Positions 37,376-46,533 of a stretch of DNA of 64,000 bases are shown here, piece by piece; the first letter of the stretch is position 1, and every line of letters begins with the position of its first letter. The DNA is from Bacteroidota bacterium. GTDB lineage: Bacteria; Bacteroidota; Bacteroidia; Bacteroidales; JAADJA01. Location: positions 672,817 through 736,816 of the forward strand of contig JAHLKX010000002.1 in assembly GCA_020444515.1 (NCBI GenBank), read 5' to 3'. The notes under the pieces were generated by a model. It did no database searches, was not told the DNA's origin, and saw nothing but the letters and a program-made list of their open reading frames with translations. Made by a program: the position numbers and the translations under genes.

Positions 37376-38074
37376 ATGCATCCTTATCTTGAGCCCCTTG
37401 AGCAAAAATTTCAGGCCAATCGTGACAAAATCGTAGCGGTTCAAATGAAAAAATACATGAAAGGTCAGTATGATTATTATGGCATTAAATCTCCATTAAG
37501 GCGGGAGATTATGAAAGCACATTTGCTTCAATATGGGTTGCCTGTTAAAGAGGATGTGGATGCCATCACCAAAGCATGTTGGACGCAACCCCAGCGTGAA
37601 TTTCAATACTTCATTATGGAGGTGCTGGGTAAAATAGCTAAAAAAGCCGACCCCATCCGAATTGAATTGTATGAGTACATGGCGGTCAATAAATCATGGT
37701 GGGATACCATCGATTATATTGCCTCAAATCTTGTTGGCGTCCATTTTCAGAAATATCCAGAACAGATCAACCCTCATACAGAGCAATGGATGGATTCAGG
37801 AAATATCTGGCTGCAAAGAATTTCATTGTTATTCCAATTGAAATACAGGTCGAAGACAGACATAGATTTGATGACACACTATATTGAGCAGTTATTGGGT
37901 TCAAAAGAATTTTTTATCAACAAGGCCATTGGTTGGATCTTAAGGGAATATTCCAAAACCAATCCGGAGTGGGTGGTGTCCTATGTCAGGAACAATGAGC
38001 ACAGGTTAGCTGGTCTGAGCCGTCGTGAAGCCCTTAAATGGCTTGAACGAAAAGAAAAATCTGGTTCAAAATAA
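37376..38074 (+). CDS. DNA alkylation repair protein (AlkD-like HEAT-repeat)
   Basis: 232 aa with MKKYMKGQYDYYGIKSPLRREI and a later WILREY motif, both typical of the family. Confidence 0.7.
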   Translation: MHPYLEPLEQKFQANRDKIVAVQMKKYMKGQYDYYGIKSPLRREIMKAHLLQYGLPVKEDVDAITKACWTQPQREFQYFIMEVLGKIAKKADPIRIELYEYMAVNKSWWDTIDYIASNLVGVHFQKYPEQINPHTEQWMDSGNIWLQRISLLFQLKYRSKTDIDLMTHYIEQLLGSKEFFINKAIGWILREYSKTNPEWVVSYVRNNEHRLAGLSRREALKWLERKEKSGSK

Positions 38075-38088
38075 AACTGAATTCAACA

Positions 38089-38565
38089 ATGAGAAAAATC
38101 GCTTTTGTTTTCACACTTTTAGTCATGATTCTGGGTTCTTGCACGGGTGATAAAGTTTTATTTGAGGAATATTACAAGTTGCCCAATATGAGCTGGAACC
38201 GCTTTAACATTGTTACCTTCGAAATTCCTGTGAATGAAGAAGGGTTCGAAGCTGATTTTTATCTGAATATCCGGCATATCCCGGAAATTCCATATGAAAC
38301 TTTAAAATACAATTTCACATTTATTTTCCCTTCAGGAGAAGTGAGGACGGCAGATTATGAGCTTGATTTTTTGGATAATGGAGGGAATGCTTTAAGTGAA
38401 TGCATGGGCGACCTGTGTGATTTACAGGTGCCTGTAAGGAAAAACTTGAGGGTAAGTGACGGCGGAATGCTCAAAGTGGAGATTGAAAATAAATATACAA
38501 AAATTGAAATGCCAGGAATCATTGAGGTGGGATTGATCGTAAGGAAAAGTCAGGATGAACTATGA
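38089..38565 (+). CDS. gldH: gliding-motility lipoprotein GldH-like
   Basis: 158-aa lipoprotein (LVMILGSC). Size and motif spacing (W..F..V.F...V......Y...I..RH...YPY..L) match my memory of GldH. Confidence 0.5.
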   Translation: MRKIAFVFTLLVMILGSCTGDKVLFEEYYKLPNMSWNRFNIVTFEIPVNEEGFEADFYLNIRHIPEIPYETLKYNFTFIFPSGEVRTADYELDFLDNGGNALSECMGDLCDLQVPVRKNLRVSDGGMLKVEIENKYTKIEMPGIIEVGLIVRKSQDEL

Positions 38566-39495
38566 TGATTCATGCAGTAATTTCCGGGTTTCAACTTCAT
38601 CTTTCTTCAACTGAGTTTGCAGGGTCTCCAGGTCTTTAAATTTTTTTTCATCACGGATGCGGTCGATAAAATAGATGATGATCTCCTGACCATAAATATC
38701 TTCATCAAAATCGAAAATATGTACTTCGGTCACCAGCCCGTTGATCCCTACAGTTGGTCGGGTTCCGATATTTCCCATTCCATTATAAATTTCCCCATCG
38801 ATCCCTACTTTGCAGGCATAAACTCCGCCAGCTGCAATGAGTTTATATTTATCATCCACATCAATATTGGCTGTTGGGAAACCGATCTTACGACCAATTT
38901 TATTTCCTTCGATAACAGTTCCGGCAATGCTGTAATTATATCCCAGCATTTTGTTGGCCAGTTTTACATCTCCTTCTATTAGCGCATTGCGGATTTTGGT
39001 AGAGCTTACCGCGGTATCATTGATATACTGTGCAGCGATCTCTGCCACCTCAAAACCAAATTTTTCACCTGTTTCGATGAGTTGTTGATAATCTCCTTCC
39101 CTGTTTCGACCGAAATGATGATCATAACCCACAATCAGTTTTTTTACATGAACCCTGTCAACAAGGTAATCCTTGATAAAAACTTCTGACGGCGTTTTAG
39201 AGAATTCTTTTGTAAATGGGATCGCAATCATATGGTCAATACCAAAATTTTCAAGCAATTGCATTTTCCGTTTCTGTGAACTGATGAAACGCAACTCGGT
39301 TGGACTGGAGTTTAGCACCAGCCTGGGATGTGGATCGAAAGTGACCAGCACCGTATCCCCGTTTTTTTCGGAAGCAATTTCCTTCATGCGCGATATAATG
39401 CGTTGATGACCAATGTGAAGACCATCAAAGGTTCCCACCGTAACCACAGCAAATTTCGATCCCGGAAATTCTTTTATGTCCTTATAGATTTTCAA
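38560..39495 (-). CDS. ribF: bifunctional riboflavin kinase / FAD synthetase
   Basis: Has VVTVGTFDGLHIGHQ in the nucleotidyltransferase part and a C-terminal riboflavin kinase domain (GFPTANI, VEVHIFDF). Confidence 0.9.
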   Translation of the reverse strand: MKIYKDIKEFPGSKFAVVTVGTFDGLHIGHQRIISRMKEIASEKNGDTVLVTFDPHPRLVLNSSPTELRFISSQKRKMQLLENFGIDHMIAIPFTKEFSKTPSEVFIKDYLVDRVHVKKLIVGYDHHFGRNREGDYQQLIETGEKFGFEVAEIAAQYINDTAVSSTKIRNALIEGDVKLANKMLGYNYSIAGTVIEGNKIGRKIGFPTANIDVDDKYKLIAAGGVYACKVGIDGEIYNGMGNIGTRPTVGINGLVTEVHIFDFDEDIYGQEIIIYFIDRIRDEKKFKDLETLQTQLKKDEVETRKLLHESS

Positions 39496-39551
39496 AAGTG
39501 CCTGAATAATTCGTTAATTTTTTTTAACTTTACCTCACGGTAAGAAGGATG

Positions 39552-39559
39552 CAAAAGTA
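39552..39559 (-). promoter_or_regulatory. -7 box TACTTTTG for ribF
   Basis: Plus-strand caaaagta, 56 nt upstream of the ribF ATG at 39495. Confidence 0.4.
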
Positions 39560-39580
39560 TAAAAATTGAATATTTACCGT

Positions 39581-42500
39581 ATGACCAAAAAAAGCCGATT
39601 CCAGTTAAAACTGGTTTTACTATCAACAATTTTTGTCCTTTATGGTTGTGGCCATGCTATATTTGGGCAGATTGCAGATGACTTTTCAGATGGAAACTTT
39701 ACACAGAATCCAGCCTGGCAAGGTGATACAGCGCAATTTAAAATTTCTACCAGCAGTGCCATTCCTGCGAATATGAAACCCGCTCTGCAATTGGATGGGA
39801 CAGACCCCGATACTTCATTCCTGTGCCTTGAGAATAACCTCATCAATAATGTGGAATGGACATTCTGGGTCAAACTTTCTTTTAATACGTCGGCTAATAA
39901 TTTTGCCCGTATTTATCTTATTTCTGATCAGGATAATCTGGAAGGACCGCTCAATGGATATTTTATACAAATAGGTGGCGCCAATGATAGTCTTTGTTTG
40001 TTTCGGCAAACAGATACGATGAATGAATTGATATTGAAAGGAGAATTTGGTTTTACCGGGAATTCCATCAATACCTTCAGAATTAAAATAACCCGCGATG
40101 ATGGTGGTTTGTGGGAACTATTTTCTGATCCTGAAGGAGGAACTGTTTATCAATCGGAAGGAGCGGTTTTTGACAATACCCATACCAATACAGAGTGGTT
40201 TGGAATATTCTGCCAGTATACCGCCAGCAATGCCAGCAAATTTTATTTTGATGATTTTTATGTGGGACCGGCTATTTATGATACCATTCCACCCGAAGTT
40301 TTATCTGTGGAGGTCCTATCGGATCATGAGCTGGATGTTTTATTTACAGAAGCTGTCACATTTGTATCCGCCGGAAATACCAATAATTATTCCGTGAACA
40401 ATGGCATTGGCCATCCGTTAGAGGCGTCACCGGACAATTTCAATACTGCACTGGTCCATCTCGATTTTTCAACGGCTTTTGTATCCGGGCAAAATTATTG
40501 GCTTGTAGCGGAAAGTATTGAAGACATGGCAGGCAATGTTCTTGAATCTGATTCGGTAAATTTTGAGTACCTGGCAGGTTCAACCCCAGGGTGGGGAAGT
40601 ATTTATATCGACGAGATCATGGCTGATCCTGAACCCCCGCCTGCAGGAATCCCTGCAGCAGATTTTCTCGAACTTTATAATGCTACAAATGAGATCTTTG
40701 ATTTAACGGGTTGTTCCATCAAACCCCGCGAATCAGCCGACCCGGCATTTTTTGAATCGGGTTTTATCCTGCCGGATAGCTTTTTGATCGTGACCCATAG
40801 CAGTGATACTGCAGCCTTCTCAGGGTTCGGTCAGGTAGCCGGACTATCAGGTTTTTCTTTGAATAACGAGGGCACAATCGTTTTGCGCAATGCCTACGGT
40901 GATCTTTTGCATGCTGTTAGTTATACCAGAGATTGGTATAAAAATGAAGAGAAAAAGGAGGGCGGCTGGTCATTGGAAATGATTGACCCACTAAAACCCT
41001 GTGCTGGAATGGATAATTGGATGGCTGCCATGGAGGTTGATGGAGGAACTCCCGGACGCAGAAATTCAGTGAATGGTGCCATTTATTCAGTTCCAACTAT
41101 CGAGCTGGCTCAAATTACCGGACCCCATACGGTGCGGCTTGAATTCAATCACGATATGGATAGCACGAGCATTGTAAATCCCAATGCCTATAAAGTTATG
41201 GATCCTGAGTTGTATCCAACATCCGTAACTTGCCCGGAATTACATTTTGCTTCTGTTCAATTGGAATTTGATTTCAACTTTGCAGAAAACAATTTGTATA
41301 CTTTAAAACTGACCGATTCACTGTTCAATTGTTCTGGTGAGTTCATTCCTTTGGAAGGATCTTATACCCTTGTTCTTCCTTCCGTTTCAGAACCCTGGGA
41401 TATCGTTATCAATGAGATCATGGCTGATCCGGATCCTCCGGTGGGTCTTCCTGAATTTGAATTCATTGAAGTTTTTAATGCAACAGAGAAATATCTGAAC
41501 ATGCAAGGCTGGACATTAGAAGTAGGAACGGTGCAAAAGAAAATTCCTGATCTCATGATCGGACCGGCTGAATATATCCTTTTTACCGATGATGATGCCA
41601 CCTGGTTATTTGAAATGTTCGGGCGCGCCTTTGGTTTCAGCAGTCTTGGGTTAACCAATAGTGGGGCTGCACTCAGTTTGCTGGATGAGTCAGGTACCAT
41701 AATATCTACGGTAACATATACAAATGATTGGTTCAGGGATGCTGATAAAGCAGAGGGGGGCTGGTCTCTGGAGCAAATTGATCCTTATAATCCCTGTGCC
41801 GGAAAGGAAAACTGGTCCGAAACCTCAGCTCCGGAAGGAGGCACCCCCGGGAAAATCAATTCAGTGGATGCAGCCAATCCATCGGAGCCGAAGATCCTGA
41901 GTATGATCCCTGAGACTTCCGAAACTTTCAAGCTCTCTTTTAGCCAGGTAATGGATAAAACATCCATTCTAAATCCGGATGCCTATTATGTTGACCATAC
42001 CATTGGTAACCCATTCACTGTAGTTCCGGGTGATTCTGTGGGGCAATCGGTAATTCTCACTTTTAGTGAGCACCTCCTTCAACAAAAGATTTACGAACTA
42101 CAAACCGAACAGCCGCTATATAATTGTCGTGGATTGGAAATGCCGGCCGGGTCCCATATTTTATTTGGGATTAGTCAACCCGCAGAAAAGAATGATATAG
42201 TGATCAATGAAGTGCTTTTCAATCCTGCTGGTAAGGGTGTGGATTTTGTGGAAATTTATAACCGCAGTGATCGAATTGTGGATATGAAGGAGTTCTATCT
42301 TGGAAATATTAACTCGGATGAGTTTGGAGTAAATGATACCATCTATAAAAATATTTCCATCCAAAGCAGGCAATTTCTGCCTGGTGAATATCTTGTATTG
42401 ACGACTGATCCAGAGGTTGTTAAAAGTCAGTATTACACTGAAAATCCTGATGGATTTTTCAGCATGTCCTCATTTCCCGCATATAGCAATCAGCAGGGAT

Positions 42501-43039
42501 CCGTTGTAATTGCAGGAACGGGAAGGGTCCCGATTGATTATTTTAATTATAATGAGTCCATGCATTATCCTCTTCTGACAACTGTGGAAGGTGTTTCGCT
42601 TGAACGGATCAATTATGACCGGCCTTCAGGAGATAAAACCAATTGGCACTCTGCCTCAGGTGAAGTTGGGTATGCTACCCCGGCCTATCGAAATTCTCAA
42701 TTTAAAGGATCTATTGAAATAGCAGATGAAGTGACCCTGGAACCTGAAACATTTTCACCTGATAATGACGGTTGGGATGATGTATTGAATATTCATTATC
42801 AATTTGATCAACCGGGATTTAATGCCACCATCCGCGTGTTTGACTCAAGGGGGAGACTAACTCGGTTATTAATTCAAAATGAACTGTTGGGTACCGAAGG
42901 TACATTCTCATGGGACGGTCTCACAGATGATAACCGAAAGGCGCCCATAGGTATTTATATCATCTATTTTGAAGTTTTCGACCTGGATAGAAATGTAAAA
43001 AAATACAAAAAAACTGCGGTGTTAGGTGGAAGGCTTTAA
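39581..43039 (+). CDS. large secreted protein with three lamin-tail domains (LTD), Ig-like domains and a FlgD-Ig-like C-terminal domain
   Basis: LTD starts are IYIDEIMADPEPP, IVINEIMADPDPP and IVINEVLFNPAG, each followed by F(L/I)E(L/V/I)(Y/F)N and (EGGWSLE/EGVSLER) strands. The C-terminus is ETFSPDNDGWDDVLNIHYQF...IRVFDSRGRL. The ATG at 39581 is preferred over the TTG at 39566. Confidence 0.7.
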   Translation: MTKKSRFQLKLVLLSTIFVLYGCGHAIFGQIADDFSDGNFTQNPAWQGDTAQFKISTSSAIPANMKPALQLDGTDPDTSFLCLENNLINNVEWTFWVKLSFNTSANNFARIYLISDQDNLEGPLNGYFIQIGGANDSLCLFRQTDTMNELILKGEFGFTGNSINTFRIKITRDDGGLWELFSDPEGGTVYQSEGAVFDNTHTNTEWFGIFCQYTASNASKFYFDDFYVGPAIYDTIPPEVLSVEVLSDHELDVLFTEAVTFVSAGNTNNYSVNNGIGHPLEASPDNFNTALVHLDFSTAFVSGQNYWLVAESIEDMAGNVLESDSVNFEYLAGSTPGWGSIYIDEIMADPEPPPAGIPAADFLELYNATNEIFDLTGCSIKPRESADPAFFESGFILPDSFLIVTHSSDTAAFSGFGQVAGLSGFSLNNEGTIVLRNAYGDLLHAVSYTRDWYKNEEKKEGGWSLEMIDPLKPCAGMDNWMAAMEVDGGTPGRRNSVNGAIYSVPTIELAQITGPHTVRLEFNHDMDSTSIVNPNAYKVMDPELYPTSVTCPELHFASVQLEFDFNFAENNLYTLKLTDSLFNCSGEFIPLEGSYTLVLPSVSEPWDIVINEIMADPDPPVGLPEFEFIEVFNATEKYLNMQGWTLEVGTVQKKIPDLMIGPAEYILFTDDDATWLFEMFGRAFGFSSLGLTNSGAALSLLDESGTIISTVTYTNDWFRDADKAEGGWSLEQIDPYNPCAGKENWSETSAPEGGTPGKINSVDAANPSEPKILSMIPETSETFKLSFSQVMDKTSILNPDAYYVDHTIGNPFTVVPGDSVGQSVILTFSEHLLQQKIYELQTEQPLYNCRGLEMPAGSHILFGISQPAEKNDIVINEVLFNPAGKGVDFVEIYNRSDRIVDMKEFYLGNINSDEFGVNDTIYKNISIQSRQFLPGEYLVLTTDPEVVKSQYYTENPDGFFSMSSFPAYSNQQGSVVIAGTGRVPIDYFNYNESMHYPLLTTVEGVSLERINYDRPSGDKTNWHSASGEVGYATPAYRNSQFKGSIEIADEVTLEPETFSPDNDGWDDVLNIHYQFDQPGFNATIRVFDSRGRLTRLLIQNELLGTEGTFSWDGLTDDNRKAPIGIYIIYFEVFDLDRNVKKYKKTAVLGGRL

Positions 43040-43045
43040 AGATGG

Positions 43046-43636
43046 TCAATCTGCTTTATCCTTATTCTTTCCTTCCTGTGTATTATACACGTTCATGGCG
43101 CGTGTTACACCGATGGTCACAAAACTTTGGATGATCTCAATGGCTGTTTTTATTTTAGGGATCATGATCTCCTCTTCGGATTTGGTCCATTGGCCGAGCA
43201 CATAATCTACCTGGTATCCTTTTGCAAAGGTGTCACCAATGCCCACTCTAAGACGTGCAAAGCCCGAAGTTCCCAATTCCTGGATGATGCTGATCAAACC
43301 ATTGTGACCACCATCACCCCCTTTGGCGCGCAAGCGCAATACACCAGTGGGCAGGGCCAGGTCATCGGTAATGACCAGAAGGTTGTCAATGGGGATGTTT
43401 TCTTTGGTTAGCCAGTATTTGATCGCTTTTCCACTTAGGTTCATATAGGTGGAGGGTTTAATTACCACAAGGTTCCTGGCGCGATATTTCAAGCGGGTTA
43501 TATCTCCGTAACGCTCTGTTTGAAAGGATGCACCCGCTTCTTGTGCCAGGGCATCTGCTATGATAAAACCGATATTGTGTCGCGTATTGGCATATTCTGC
43601 CCCGATATTTCCCAGTCCTGCGATCAGATATTTCAT
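43046..43636 (-). CDS. pth: peptidyl-tRNA hydrolase
   Basis: Has MKYLIAGLGNIGAEYANTRHNIGF and GHNG motifs over 196 aa. Confidence 0.9.
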   Translation of the reverse strand: MKYLIAGLGNIGAEYANTRHNIGFIIADALAQEAGASFQTERYGDITRLKYRARNLVVIKPSTYMNLSGKAIKYWLTKENIPIDNLLVITDDLALPTGVLRLRAKGGDGGHNGLISIIQELGTSGFARLRVGIGDTFAKGYQVDYVLGQWTKSEEEIMIPKIKTAIEIIQSFVTIGVTRAMNVYNTQEGKNKDKAD

Positions 43637-43721
43637 TGGTTTAAATTACTTTTTTCGTCACAAAAGCTGTGTTTCATACAGAATTGTTCATGGTAAAAAT
43701 ATTTTCAAAAATACGAATTCC

Positions 43722-43764
43722 GAAAAAAGAAAAATTCCAAACTCCTGCAGGAGTTTGGAATTTT
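43722..43764 (-). terminator. strong rho-independent terminator between rplY and pth
   Basis: Perfect inverted repeat aaaattccaaactcc-tgca-ggagtttggaatttt (43731-43764), followed on the minus strand by tttttctttttt. Confidence 0.8.
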
Positions 43765-43783
43765 GAATATTGTGAATTTAATC

Positions 43784-44455
43784 TTATTCTCCTCCTTCTT
43801 TGGGAGCTTCACCACCTTCACCTTCAGCAGGGGCACCTTCTTCGCCTTCAGCGCCTTCTTCAGCACCTTCTTCGCCTTCTTCTTCCTCTTCTTCAGGTTC
43901 ATCCATACCAGCACCACGTCCGGTTTTAACACCTACAATTTCACCATTCGGATTATCCAAAAGTTCAAGCTTAGGATATGAAACATCCTTTACTTTAATG
44001 TTATCATTCAGGTCAAGTTTGTTGATGCTAAGGGTGATGTAATCAGGAAGATCATCGACCAATCCTTTCACTACCAACTTGCGCATTTTTTTACGCAATT
44101 TACCACCTTTGATGATTCCGGGAGCTGTGCCTTCAAATTTTACCGGAACTCCAATGATTACTGGTTTTCCTTCCAATACCTGCAGGAAGTCGGCGTGTAG
44201 AACACGGTCGGTTACCGGGTGGTATTGCACATCCTGAAGGATGGCAGTGTAATCTTTATCGTCAATTTTAAGATTGATAATAAAAACCTCAGGGGTAAAG
44301 ATGATCTTAGAAAAATCCATGTCGTCGATGACAAAATGAACTTGTTTTTCACCACCGTAAAGCACACAGGGGATCTTGCCTTCCCTTCTGTGCTTTTTAG
44401 CATCTTTTTTCCCTACGTTCTCGCGGAGAGAACCGCTCATAGATACTGTTTTCAT
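43784..44455 (-). CDS. rplY: 50S ribosomal protein L25/Ctc with acidic C-terminal tail
   Basis: Has the N-terminus MKTVSMSGSLRENVGKKDAKKHRREGKIPCVLYG and two L25/Ctc beta-domains. The last ~45 aa are E/G/A-rich. Confidence 0.9.
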   Translation of the reverse strand: MKTVSMSGSLRENVGKKDAKKHRREGKIPCVLYGGEKQVHFVIDDMDFSKIIFTPEVFIINLKIDDKDYTAILQDVQYHPVTDRVLHADFLQVLEGKPVIIGVPVKFEGTAPGIIKGGKLRKKMRKLVVKGLVDDLPDYITLSINKLDLNDNIKVKDVSYPKLELLDNPNGEIVGVKTGRGAGMDEPEEEEEEGEEGAEEGAEGEEGAPAEGEGGEAPKEGGE

Positions 44456-44479
44456 AATATGTAATTTATTTTAAAAGTG

Positions 44480-45421
44480 TTAATTATTTCTAATTTGGTA
44501 CAAGGAGCTAATGGATTTCGTTTTGAGTGCCCGTTTGATTACTTCTGCAAATAGATTGGCCGTGCTTAGTACTTTTATTTTATCGCATTCCTCGTGAAGC
44601 GGCAGTGTATCGGTTGTGATCACTTCTTCAAAACGGGAGTCACGGATTCTTTGGTGAGCTTCACCTGAGAAAACGGGATGGGTGCAAAATGCCCGAACGC
44701 TATTGGCTCCTTTTTCCATAATGAGGTTGCCTGCCTTAGTAATAGAACCTGCTGTATCAATAATGTCATCTATCAGGATAACATCCTTTCCTTCCACATC
44801 TCCTACCAGCTCCATTTTGCCAATCTCGTTTGGTTTTGACCGTTGTTTGTAGCAGATCACAAACCCGGTATTGAGAAACTTGGCATAGGCTGCCGCTCTC
44901 CTCGTTCCGCCAGTATCCGGTGAAGCCATGATCAGGTTGGGCAGGTTCAATTGTTTGATATAGGGAACAAATATGGTCGATGCAAAAACATGATCAACCG
45001 GTACATCAAAAAATCCCTGAATCTGGTCAGCATGCAGATCAATGGTGATGATGCGCTGAACGCCCGCGGCAGTCAATAAGTTGGCGACCATTTTTGAAGC
45101 AATGGAAACCCTGGGTTTGTCTTTTCTGTCCTGGCGGGCATAACCGAAATACGGGATAACGGCAACAATGCGTCTGGCCGAAGCTCTTCTGGCCGCATCC
45201 ACCATCATCAACAATTCGAGCAAGTTATCGGCAGGTGGAAAAGTAGATTGCACCAAAAAAACATCTCTACCACGGATGTTCTCTTCAAAAGATGGCTGAA
45301 ATTCCCCATCAGAATAGTTTGTAACAACCACATTACCCAGTGGACTGCCATAACTATCGGCAATTTTTTCAGCCAGGTATTGTGTGGCTCTTCCTGAGAA
45401 AATCATTGCTTTTGTTGCCAT
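44480..45421 (-). CDS. prs: ribose-phosphate diphosphokinase
   Basis: Carries DLHADQIQGFF and VILIDDIIDTAGS (the PRPP-binding loop) over 313 aa. Confidence 0.9.
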   Translation of the reverse strand: MATKAMIFSGRATQYLAEKIADSYGSPLGNVVVTNYSDGEFQPSFEENIRGRDVFLVQSTFPPADNLLELLMMVDAARRASARRIVAVIPYFGYARQDRKDKPRVSIASKMVANLLTAAGVQRIITIDLHADQIQGFFDVPVDHVFASTIFVPYIKQLNLPNLIMASPDTGGTRRAAAYAKFLNTGFVICYKQRSKPNEIGKMELVGDVEGKDVILIDDIIDTAGSITKAGNLIMEKGANSVRAFCTHPVFSGEAHQRIRDSRFEEVITTDTLPLHEECDKIKVLSTANLFAEVIKRALKTKSISSLYQIRNN

Positions 45422-45548
45422 TGCTTTATTTCTGATCGGGGTTCAAAACTGGCCGCGAAATTACTATTAATTTAAAGATAATCAAACCAAAAATGATAAA
45501 CAGAGTGAAAAATTAAAGTTTAAGGTCATGGTAATTTCAAAAATTAGC

Positions 45549-45556
45549 TACTTTTG
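45549..45556 (+). promoter_or_regulatory. -7 box TACTTTTG for tRNA-Leu
   Basis: tacttttg, 24 nt upstream of the tRNA 5' end. Confidence 0.55.
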
Positions 45557-45580
45557 CACGGCAATTTAAAATTGTTTTGA

Positions 45581-45664
45581 GCCCGAGTGGCGGAACTGGT
45601 AGACGCGATGGTCTCAAAAACCATTGAGGTAACACTCGTGCCGGTTCGATTCCGGCCTCGGGTA
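45581..45664 (+). tRNA. tRNA-Leu (CAA)
   Basis: 84 nt with the GCCCGAG acceptor stem, anticodon stem-loop ATGGT-CTCAAAA-ACCAT, a long variable arm, and the GGTTCGATTCC T-loop. Confidence 0.9.
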
Positions 45665-45669
45665 CAATT

Positions 45670-45698
45670 AGGCACCGAAAGGTGCCTTTTGTTTTTTT
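45670..45698 (+). terminator. terminator hairpin after tRNA-Leu
   Basis: aggcacc-gaaa-ggtgcct followed by ttttgttttttt. Confidence 0.75.
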
Positions 45699-45704
45699 AG
45701 TTGT

Positions 45705-45920
45705 TTAGACTTTTTGCTTGATTGGTTCCAGCAAATATTCCAACCCATTCAATTTGATCTCATACATTGTGTTAAGCCTGTCTCCCAGTTTACTTTTTGG
45801 AAATCCTTTTGCATGATACCATACCAGGTAAGGCTCCGGAAGGTCACATAAAAGCCGGCCCTTATATTTACCATAGGGCATTTTTTCAGTTACCACTTTG
45901 ATGAGGATATCTTTGTCCAT
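45705..45920 (-). CDS. DUF3820-family small protein
   Basis: 71 aa with MPYGKYKGRLLCDLPEPYLVWY, which matches my memory of the DUF3820 signature. Confidence 0.6.
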   Translation of the reverse strand: MDKDILIKVVTEKMPYGKYKGRLLCDLPEPYLVWYHAKGFPKSKLGDRLNTMYEIKLNGLEYLLEPIKQKV

Positions 45921-45969
45921 TTGTACTTTATTTTTCGAAAATAGCCAGTTTCAAGCTGCTAAAATTACG

Positions 45970-45977
45970 TACTTTTG
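45970..45977 (+). promoter_or_regulatory. -7 box TACTTTTG 7 nt upstream of the ORF at 45985
   Basis: tacttttg at 45970-45977, with the ATG at 45985. Confidence 0.45.
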
Positions 45978-45984
45978 ATTCATT

Positions 45985-46431
45985 ATGAGTTGGATCAAAG
46001 ACATTATTGATACCTCGCGAAGCCTGGCCAAAGATAAACAGGCCCTCGCACAGATTAAAAGCGGTTTGCGCAACCAGGCTAAACTGAATCATCAGTTCTT
46101 GAAAGAACTACTGAAAAAAAACAGCAATCCGAAACAAGAGCGACTGATAAAGATTGCCCGGTCGCTGGAGTACGATAAAATGCAGGACGCTTTGAATTAT
46201 GGGATACCCTATGCGCTGATTTCAAGAAAAAGAGTTACAGAAGAACTGCTGGAGCAATTTCATGTGAAGGCTGCCGTGCTGGTCGACAAAAGCCTGGAAG
46301 AAATGCTGGAATCTGTTTACATCAAAACAGCATACATCTCCAAAGATTATGACAATGAAGACATCGACCTGAAAGCCCGCCTGCGTAACCTGGCGAAATA
46401 CAACCTTGTACTTATCCGACTGTTGACATAA
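45985..46431 (+). CDS. hypothetical helical protein
   Basis: 148-aa ORF rich in K/E/L with no recognised motif. A promoter box abuts its start. Confidence 0.5.
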   Translation: MSWIKDIIDTSRSLAKDKQALAQIKSGLRNQAKLNHQFLKELLKKNSNPKQERLIKIARSLEYDKMQDALNYGIPYALISRKRVTEELLEQFHVKAAVLVDKSLEEMLESVYIKTAYISKDYDNEDIDLKARLRNLAKYNLVLIRLLT

Positions 46432-46437
46432 TTTTTT

Positions 46438-46492
46438 GAGCTGTTCCGGATTTCAAATCCGGAACCAATGATTTGCGGATTTTAAATCCGCA
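46438..46492. repeat. paired-palindrome unit, copy 1
   Basis: gagct, then the 23-nt palindrome gttccggatttcaaatccggaac (46443-46465), an 8-nt spacer, then the 19-nt palindrome tgcggattttaaatccgca (46474-46492). Confidence 0.85.
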
Positions 46493-46533
46493 AAAGCTTT
46501 CAAATTCAATTTTTATTTTCTTAATTTTCCATC

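Noticed and set aside
43705-43981. Lys-rich (43705-43932, minus), Leu/His-rich (43669-43929, plus) and Phe-rich (43763-43981, plus) ORFs.
   Set aside because: They are frame or antisense shadows of the GAA/GGA-rich acidic tail of rplY and of the terminator region, and they have no independent support.
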